DNA from: an uncultured Colwellia sp.
GTDB taxonomy: Bacteria > Pseudomonadota > Gammaproteobacteria > Enterobacterales > Alteromonadaceae
DNA length: 64,000 bases
Direction of reading: 5' to 3'
Assembly: GCA_913049915.1 (NCBI GenBank)
Contig: CAJWZC010000009.1
Location: 386-64,385 of the forward strand
Part shown: positions 56,565 to 64,000 of the stretch, one piece after another
Layout of the letters: each line of letters begins with the position of its first letter
Position numbering within the stretch: position 1 is the first letter of the stretch
Notes under the pieces: generated by a model
What the model saw: the letters and a program-made list of their open reading frames with translations, nothing else
Databases searched by the model: none
Told to the model about the DNA's origin: nothing
Made by a program: the position numbers and the translations under genes

Positions 56565-59273
56565 TTAGAACTCAATATCAATATAAGCTTTATGGCTGCC
56601 ACCATTATACTCCTTGGTAAGCATATAGAAGAAAATGCCTGTTTCATCGGCCTCCATAATCGCTAAGCTGAGGGTACCATCACCATCGACTTCACCTTGA
56701 ACCAAAGCGGTTATATCAAGGGTTCGCCAGCCATAATCGGCGTCAGCCACAGTAAATGAGCCTGCTGAACTAGCCAAATCTGGCAGTTCATCCCAAGTAA
56801 GTCCGTTTTCTGTCCAGTTATCGTGGTCAATCGGCTTTATTTTCTGTTTAACACTATCACCATTTTTGGTATAGCCATAGACGTTAAGGGTCGCTGAGGT
56901 AATGGTTGCACTATTGGCCGCACTGACATCAAACTTCATGACAATAATTCTATCGGAGTCTGCATCGCCGCTGCCCTCTTTACTTTTGATGGTATCATCT
57001 GTGCCATAATCGGTAGTGGCAGAGCCTTCACCTCTTTGAACATAAGTGTCAGCAGTTACATTTGCAGTGTAACTTGGTACCTCACTTGAACTTGCATAGC
57101 ACAGTGCATCCCAGCCATAAAAGTAACCCGCCGCAAAACAGGCACTTTCATCACCATGATAATCACTTTCATTATCATCAACTGGGGCTGCTAGTATTAT
57201 TTCAAGGTAAGGGTTTTCGTCGCTAAAGTCGGACGTTTTTATCTGTTGGGCTACATCTAGACCATTAGTTTGGCTGAACGCTAGACTTAAGATGCCGTCG
57301 CCGTCGATTTGGGTTTGCACATAAGCGGTAATATCTACTGTCTGCTTTTGATAATCATCGCTGTTATTGGTGGTCATTGAGCCGATACTATCACCAATTT
57401 CGAGATTATCATTCCAGTTTACTTCATGCTGATCCCAGCCATCAGCGCTTACTGCACCGATATCGGTTGTGATAGTGGTGTTGTTACTGTTTTTGGTGAA
57501 TACATGGAGAATAGCGCTGCTAATGTTGGCATCAATGGCGCTAACATCAAACCTCATATAACCAACCTTGTCCTTAGTACTACTATTTTTAACCTTTATC
57601 TTAGTAACTGATCCGAAATATTTATCCGGCTTACCGCTGTCAACATAGGTTTCGGCTACTGGAAACCTGATAATAGGTAGCGTAGGTTTAGGGAGTAAAT
57701 CAGTGGGGCCAACGTCCGCTACCGTTAACGGCTTATTAATACTAGCGGTTGTCGTGTACTCAGCAGCACCCACATCATGAATTGAATCGCGTGATAAACC
57801 ATGTATGTCAATATTGGCTAAGCTGTAGTTAGTGTTAACCGCATTAACTACGGCACTAGAAACAGTAGGGACAAACACACCATCAACATCAGCGGATAAA
57901 CCTGGATTAATTTCATCGATTTGTGCAGCAGTAATGGTTCTACCGAGTACGGCTAATTCATTGCTTATGGAAGTGGAAGAACCATAAGCAATATTACCAA
58001 TAAAAGTAATGCTAGGCTCAATATCCAAGTACTTTGGGTCATCATCAAACAATGCAGTGCTGCCGGCATAATAAATAGCGTTGTTAGCGATAATTGAATT
58101 TATAGGCGCATTAATATGTTGAAACGGGTCACTACCTACCTGCCCAATAACCAGCGAAGGTTTTGAGTTAACAATAGTATTGTTGTAAATTTCTAAATCT
58201 TCGGCACTTCTATATTCGCTGCCATTGCCGCCAGTGCCAGCATATATAGTAATACCCGCTTTTTTAGTGTTTTTAATGTGATTGTTATAAACTTTATGTC
58301 CATTACCAATAATACGAATACCGCCAGTGCCATTAATGCCACCACCATCAATAAAATTACCATAGACTTGGTTATCATCACCATTACGTAAGGTAATAGA
58401 ACCTTGATTATCAAGGAATGTATTGTACCTAAAGATGTTGCTGTCAGATTTACTAGAAATAATCTCAGCTTCTCCGTCTATTTTATAAAATAGATTGTAT
58501 TCCGCAATGGTATTGGAATCAGTTCCTGCCTCGGCACCACTGCCTATCTTAAGGCCTTCTTGTCCGTTTGCACGATCTGGGTAATTGACAGAAATACGCG
58601 TATCGAAGTAATTATGATGAAAATGATGATTATCCTCAAAATTAGGGTAGTTAGCATCAGTCGAGTCGCGACGATTAACTATCACCATAACGCCACTCAT
58701 CTGCATATTGGTAAAATGATTATGGTCTATTTCATTATGAGAGCCACGCACATTAACCCAGTGGTACCTAACCTCTGAATCTTGGCTGTTGAAACCATCA
58801 ATAGTGGTATTTGTTAAGCGACTGTGATTCGCAAAAGTGCTGGTATCTGTAGAGTCATCATAAAAACGAATGATCCCGCGACCATCAGCTCTTTCACCAT
58901 TTTGAAAATGCAAACCATCGACGATTAAATAATCACCCGCAATTTTTAAGCCTGAATTTCCTTCCAGAGAAACACCACCTTTGCTTTGGGCTTGCAACAG
59001 TATCGGCGAACTTGCCGTGCCATCGACATTAAACAATATTTCTAAGTTAGTATAGGTACCATCTTTAATGACGACGGTATCTCCTGGGACAGATGCTGCA
59101 ATCGCATCTTCAATTTCTGTTGGTGACCCTGCGGTTCTGACCGTAGCAAAAACACTTCCTGCCAGGCTGATGCTTAATAGTACCACCACTGTTTTACATA
59201 AACGGCTTCTCAAACGCATTGTTAAATCAACCAAAGTTAACTTCTTTATATTTTGTAATAACTTTAAATGCAT
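56565..59273 (-). CDS. Secreted PL6 lyase with two C-terminal CBM96/DNRLRE-like modules
   Basis: EGLKIGSG, EIISSKS...GSITLRNG; two A(E/D)TYV...(Y/V)M(R/K)FDVS...SA.L.V modules. Confidence 0.78.
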   Translation of the reverse strand: MHLKLLQNIKKLTLVDLTMRLRSRLCKTVVVLLSISLAGSVFATVRTAGSPTEIEDAIAASVPGDTVVIKDGTYTNLEILFNVDGTASSPILLQAQSKGGVSLEGNSGLKIAGDYLIVDGLHFQNGERADGRGIIRFYDDSTDTSTFANHSRLTNTTIDGFNSQDSEVRYHWVNVRGSHNEIDHNHFTNMQMSGVMVIVNRRDSTDANYPNFEDNHHFHHNYFDTRISVNYPDRANGQEGLKIGSGAEAGTDSNTIAEYNLFYKIDGEAEIISSKSDSNIFRYNTFLDNQGSITLRNGDDNQVYGNFIDGGGINGTGGIRIIGNGHKVYNNHIKNTKKAGITIYAGTGGNGSEYRSAEDLEIYNNTIVNSKPSLVIGQVGSDPFQHINAPINSIIANNAIYYAGSTALFDDDPKYLDIEPSITFIGNIAYGSSTSISNELAVLGRTITAAQIDEINPGLSADVDGVFVPTVSSAVVNAVNTNYSLANIDIHGLSRDSIHDVGAAEYTTTASINKPLTVADVGPTDLLPKPTLPIIRFPVAETYVDSGKPDKYFGSVTKIKVKNSSTKDKVGYMRFDVSAIDANISSAILHVFTKNSNNTTITTDIGAVSADGWDQHEVNWNDNLEIGDSIGSMTTNNSDDYQKQTVDITAYVQTQIDGDGILSLAFSQTNGLDVAQQIKTSDFSDENPYLEIILAAPVDDNESDYHGDESACFAAGYFYGWDALCYASSSEVPSYTANVTADTYVQRGEGSATTDYGTDDTIKSKEGSGDADSDRIIVMKFDVSAANSATITSATLNVYGYTKNGDSVKQKIKPIDHDNWTENGLTWDELPDLASSAGSFTVADADYGWRTLDITALVQGEVDGDGTLSLAIMEADETGIFFYMLTKEYNGGSHKAYIDIEF

Positions 59274-59364
59274 AATATTAATACTCTTTGAATGTTAAAT
59301 AGATTTGTTTATTATTTTAGTTATCTCTTTGTTCATCCTTTTGTTCATCCTTTTGTTTATCTTT

Positions 59365-59435
59365 GTTACTTTTATTTCTTCCTCTTAAGCATAAATTCTC
59401 TATTTATACTCGTCATCATTCAGGCAAATTAGCGC
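59365..59435 (-). promoter_or_regulatory. Conserved 71-nt 5' leader, copy 1
   Basis: Identical at 69 of 71 positions to 62804-62874. Confidence 0.75.
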
Positions 59436-59455
59436 ATGATGTATAAAATGCAAAT

Positions 59456-59517
59456 TGGTATGCCCCCTTAAAAATTGGACGGACCAATAATACCAAGCAC
59501 ACATTATATATGTCAAT
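59456..59517 (-). promoter_or_regulatory. Promoter/operator module copy E (operator 59473-59488; TTGACA-N18-TATTAT)
   Basis: AATTGGACGGACCAAT 24 nt from GTCAA (59512). Confidence 0.8.
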
Positions 59518-59621
59518 ATGTGTTCAATAAAAACTCAATAAATGTTTAGAATTCAATCTGCAGTGTATTTGAAGAAACACCACGAATCTTAACATGTGAA
59601 TACTATCAATAACTTACAGTA

Positions 59622-60735
59622 ATACCAATGATATTAAGTTTGTGATCTAATGTCTTTTATTTTATATCTCTCAATATAAGTATTATGAGCCCCTTTGATC
59701 GCATTGATTTCAAATCTCTTATCGCTAAGGAAACGAACGGACGCATGCGCGTACGACTAATGGTACTTTCTCATATAAAGGAAGGTATTAATAATTCACA
59801 AACACCAAGAAATCTACATATTAGCCTTCGTATTGTTAATGATTAGGTTAAAAGTTCTTATTCTCAAGGACTTGAAGGATTAAAAGAAAAGCCTCGCTCT
59901 GATCGCCCCTCACGTTTAAATGAAGCTCAACTTGCGCAACTAAGCGAGTACATTCGCAATAATAGCATTAAAGAAAGTGGTGGTAGACTTAACGCACAAG
60001 CGCTTGTTAACTATATTACTCAAGAATTTAAACTCAATTATGGCATTTCTAATGTTTATCGACTGCTTCATCAGCTAGGTTTTTCATGGATAACGAGCCG
60101 CTCCAGACATCGAAAACAGTCGATAGAAATCTAATATAATTTTAAAAAAATTCGAAATGGAAATGATCCTCACGATCCCGTGGAATGTGTGCCTTAAAAA
60201 GGTTGACGTATGGTGCCAAGACGAAGCTCGATTTGAGCAGCAGAATACGACAACACGGCTCTGGGCAGAGAAAGGCACAAGGCCAAGAGCCGTAAAACAG
60301 CAGCAGTTTGAATATTCCTATCTTTTTGGTGCCGTTTGCCCAGCAACAGGAGATACCGAAGCATTAATAGCACCGTGTATGAATATGGATGTAATGAAAA
60401 ACATCTAGCGCTAATTTCGAAAAAAGTGCCTGAAGGGCGTCATGCTCTGATCGTTGCAGATGGTGCAGCTTGGCATCAATGTCACTTAACGGATAGATTT
60501 GAAAACTTATCAATTATTAAGTTGCCGCCTTATTCGCCAGAGTTGAATCCAATAGAGCAAGTTTGGCAATGGCTCCGCCAAAATGAACGCGCAAATAGGT
60601 GCTTCAAGGGATATGACGATATTGTTGATGAATGCAGTAGAGCGTGGAATAGCTTTATATCTGATGCCTCCAGAGTGATAAAATTATGCTCTAGAGACTG
60701 GATACAAGTGGGAAGTTAATTAATGGAATTCGTAT
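59622..60735 (+). mobile_element. IS630-family element, pseudogenised
   Basis: OrfA from 59685 (HTH, KPRSDRP; in-frame TAG at 59844); TTTAAAAAAA junction; OrfB DEARF, DGAAWH, PYSPELNPIE with a frameshift; imperfect ends ATACCAATGATATTAA / TTAATGGAATTCGTAT. Confidence 0.85.
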
Positions 60736-61136
60736 AACTTTTTAAAACTTAAAACCACAAACAATATTAATTGGTCAAATATGAATGTATTAACAGTTCG
60801 AAATATAAGGAATAAATTCAGATGGCCTCAGCTAAATTTGTGTGGTTTTATTCGAAGAATAAACGATATATGACGAGTATGAAGATAAATAATACTCTCG
60901 CTCAGTACATTTTAATTCAAGAAGTCAAGCTAAAAATAAAAAATCACCTACTGTTGATAAACCAGTTCTGAATATGGTTTTTATTTGCTTCTATTCTTGT
61001 TTATTTAAATAGATTTATCGGCATAGAGTCATTATTAGAGAGAAGTGGTCTTATCTTCTTAGTTTTCTTTATTGGTTAACCTAATTATACAGTGTAGGTG
61101 TTTTTCGCTCATCCGCTTTTGGTTACGCACATAAAA

Positions 61137-61170
61137 AAACTCCCCAACATATTGCTATGCTGGGGAGTTT
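61137..61170 (-). terminator. Rho-independent terminator, paralog of 56420-56453
   Basis: AAACTCCCCA...TGGGGAGTTT. Confidence 0.8.
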
Positions 61171-61211
61171 TATTAAATTAAGAGCTCTACTGTCGGCACT
61201 GTCTCTATTGG

Positions 61212-62744
61212 TTAGTTGCTACAAGATTCTGGAGCAGCGGTTGTTTGTTCCAATGGCATGTAAGATTCATTGGGGAATGAGCTAGCGACTTTATATTGAT
61301 TAGGATAATCTGTATAACCGACACATTCTGATGATGTATCACCTTGACAACCACCCCTTATATATAAGTATTCGGTATAACCAAATCCAGGACCACCACC
61401 ATTACCGTATCCCTCTTTATACATTTTTTTCACTGCTTTAAAAGGCGTTATTTCTACACCGCCATTGTATTGATTCAAAAGGATCCAGCGTGCCATTTTT
61501 TTAGTGTCTGTATCACAATCTCCGGTGCCATTTACAAACTCATGGATCAGACCATCAGCTTCATACATAACCGTGGAAAAGGTGTAGCTTATTTTCTCAA
61601 GAAGGTCTTCATCAATAAATTGGCTCGACTCGTTTGAATGATAACCCATTGAATATAGCTTAACTATTGCCTGAACATCTATTCCACCATGACCTGCATC
61701 TTCCCATTTACTTGAATAAACAGGTTCAGCATAATGCCACTTTATTTTTGAACCATTGACTCTTTTTTCGTCATCTCAAGATTCCAACAAGTTACCGATT
61801 AACTCTTCATAGAAGCCCTTGCGATTATTATATTCATCTTCGTCAACTATCGCTAACGCCTTTAACGTATTAGCCATGACAACTGCAGCTGCAAAACCGC
61901 GGTTAAAGGCTATTTCTTCACCCCGTTTTTTATCTGCACTGCTGAACAATTCATCAAGATCTTCAAAACTACCTTTATCTGGGTATCTAAATAACCAACC
62001 TTCATCGTAGTAATCCATCGTGCTTGAATCAATTCTTTTGCCATTTGAGACCCATCTTTTCTTAATATCGTTATCTTGTGGGCCCAATGATTTTGAATCT
62101 AACAGAACAAAATCATCTAAAGTAATGAGTACATTTCCAATCCACCCCTTGGCAACATCCGCGTAGGTTTGGGTGGTTGAGCCACAAATAGTTTGATTGC
62201 CTAACGTTGGATGGGACAGAATATAATTAGCGGCCTCAGCAATAGGCTCAACAATCATCATTGTTTGCACCAAATTTGCCACATAAACCGTTGACCCGTT
62301 AGCTGTCGTTTCTTCGGCCCAAGCATTTAGGGCTTGCCCTTGTATGTAGTCGTTTTGTGCTCCACTAGAGCGAGACGTTTCTGACCGTGAAAAGATAAAG
62401 TCTGCGTGATGCTTAAACTCTTCCATAAAGCCAACGCTTGTTGAATTATTACAAGATTGTCCGGTCATGCGGTGCATATTGAGCAGACCTCTCATCAAGT
62501 AGCTACCACTCCATGCCCACTTGCCCTTCCTATTGTCTGACCACTTTTTGTTAGTTAACTGATATATGCCATTGTCTTCCTTGTATGTGTCATACCAACT
62601 ACTGTAAGTATCGATCTCATCCTGAGTAATTTTTGTTCCTAAACTCAGACCCGTATTCGGCCCGTAAAGACTTGCTGCACAGATACTATAGCTTGTTGCT
62701 AATGTTAATGAAGCGGTTAATAAATACTTTGCTACTTTGTTCAT
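61212..62744 (-). pseudogene. Secreted hypothetical protein (probable alpha/alpha-barrel) interrupted by one in-frame TGA at 61776-61778
   Basis: ORFs 61776..62744 and 61212..61649 share a frame, joined by 42 stop-free codons (LLES*DDEKRV...WEDAGHGGIDV...YSMGY); signal peptide; WAWSGSYLMRGLLNMHRMTG. Confidence 0.78.
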
Positions 62745-62803
62745 CTTGTCACCTCTTGTTATAGTTTTTTATTTTTTTATTTTAGTTATCCTTTTTTTTT
62801 GTT

Positions 62804-62874
62804 GTTACTTTTATTTCTTCCTCTTAAGCATAAAATCTCTATTTATACTCGTCATCATTCAGGCGAATTAGCGC
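62804..62874 (-). promoter_or_regulatory. Conserved 71-nt 5' leader, copy 2
   Basis: 69/71 identical to 59365-59435. Confidence 0.75.
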
Positions 62875-62895
62875 TAAGCTATATAAAACTCTACT

Positions 62896-62958
62896 TGGTA
62901 TATCCGTCTTAATAATTGGCCCGTCCAATTATTAAGATAACATATCATAAATGTCAAT
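62896..62958 (-). promoter_or_regulatory. Promoter/operator module copy F (operator 62914-62929)
   Basis: AATTGGCCCGTCCAAT 24 nt from GTCAA (62953). Confidence 0.78.
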
Positions 62959-63235
62959 AAACACTCAATAAATGTTCAATAAATGTTCAATATTTAAACA
63001 GAGTATATAAGAATTTGGCCCTTCATGAGAATACCGAGAATATTCTCATTCCCGACGAGATTAACCAATAGTGACGGTTATCACTATCTCATTAGCGTCT
63101 TAGATTTAATACTCTACTTTATGTAGACCTTAGATGATTCTAATGTCCGCTTTAGAGATTGTATAAATAATCGTATGCTAAATATTAAGTAATATTTTGG
63201 GTGAAAATAAATAAAAGTATTTAAATTACAATAAT

Positions 63236-64000
63236 CGCAAAAGCAAAAAATTATCAAAGGTATCCTGCTGAGTTTAAACGTATGGCGTTACTCATAGCTT
63301 CTGAGGACGGTATTACTGCTAATCGTGTTTGCGAAGAACTAGGGATCATTTTTAGGCAATTAAGTCGTTGGCGTGATGAGTTTAGCTTAAAAGGTGATGA
63401 TGCTTTTAAGCGAAATAAACAAACCAGTAATAATGAATTAACTCAGTTGAAAAAAGAGTTGGCTAAAGTAAAAAAAGAGCGTGATTTCTTAAAAGATGCG
63501 GTGGTGTTATTCGCCAAGGAGTCCGGTTAAAGTTTTGTTGTATTAAGCGGTACCGCAACAGCTATCCCATAAAAATGATGTGTAATGTTTTAGATATTTC
63601 ACGCCGTAGGTATTATGCCTGGCTTAGTAGACCACTATGCAAAACTAAGGAGGAAAACATTAAGCTAACTTAGAAAATATCAACAATATTTGAGCAAAGC
63701 AGAGGTGTATACGGAGCACCAAGAATAAAAGCGAGTCTTGATTCCCAAGGGCATTGCTACGGCAATAATAGAGTGGCTAGATTGATGCAAATAGAGCGAT
63801 TAAAAGGCCGCCCTAGGCGTGTGTGGCGAAGAACGGCCCAATCAAATCCATACGCCGATCCTGCACCTAATTTACTACACCAAAACTTTGTTGTAAAAAG
63901 GGCTAATCAAGTTTGCTCATCAGACATAACGTACATCCAAATCAGACAAGGATTTGTCTACTTGGCCGTCACATCGCGATGAACGCGTTAGGGATGGCTA
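63236..64000 (+). mobile_element. IS3-family element remnant (orfA plus degraded orfB), runs off the window
   Basis: OrfA (RYPAEFKR)MAL...ELAKVKKERDFLKDA..LFAKE; orfB fragments YGAPRI, NRVARLM, PNLL.QNF, SDITYI...YLAV with stops and frameshifts. Left boundary uncertain (may extend to about 63122). Confidence 0.82.

Noticed and set aside
1028-61778. Stop-codon recoding or selenocysteine to explain in-frame stops in otherwise intact genes
   Set aside because: The stops are mixed (TAA, TAA, TGA), and TAA/TGA/TAG end normal genes throughout. The TGA sits in a Trp-like context with no evident SECIS hairpin. Nonsense mutation is simpler.
59328-62990. Short tandem repeats (TTTTGTTCATCC x2-3 near 59330; TCAATAAATGT x2-3 near 62965) as phase-variation switches
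   Set aside because: Copy number is too low and they lie outside the -35/-10 spacer.
63025-63050. GAGAATATTCTCATT as a Fur box
   Set aside because: It lacks the 7-1-7 spacing, is a single occurrence, and lies next to an IS end with no iron-related gene.

Overview
This AT-rich window from a marine gammaproteobacterium (Alteromonadales/Colwelliaceae-like; inferred from gene content) is almost entirely one large polysaccharide-utilisation locus (PUL) for a sulfated, uronic-acid-rich glycan. It holds 7 Cys-type S1 sulfatases, 6 PL6/chondroitinase-B-type beta-helix lyases (3 with Tat signals), 2 PL38-like lyases, single PL14-like, PL25-like (BNR-4) and PL22-like proteins, 2 GH105 enzymes, a GH2-esterase fusion, kduI/kduD, a GntR/FadR regulator and two Ig-stalk surface lipoproteins. 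The non-coding DNA is highly structured. (i) One promoter/operator module (AATTGG-N4-CCAAT-like box exactly 24 nt from a TTGAC -35) recurs six times. (ii) The last two cargo genes share a 69/71-identical leader and a covarying terminator despite unrelated coding sequences. (iii) A 25-nt REP-like unit flanks a dead RAYT transposase and is scattered between genes. (iv) Three ~266-bp ERIC-like MITEs are present, one inserted into the RAYT. Several genes carry single nonsense or frameshift lesions, and IS4, IS630 and IS3 relics are present, so the locus appears to be partly decaying. No rRNA, tRNA or CRISPR array was seen. Family calls rest on motif recognition only; no database search was run.
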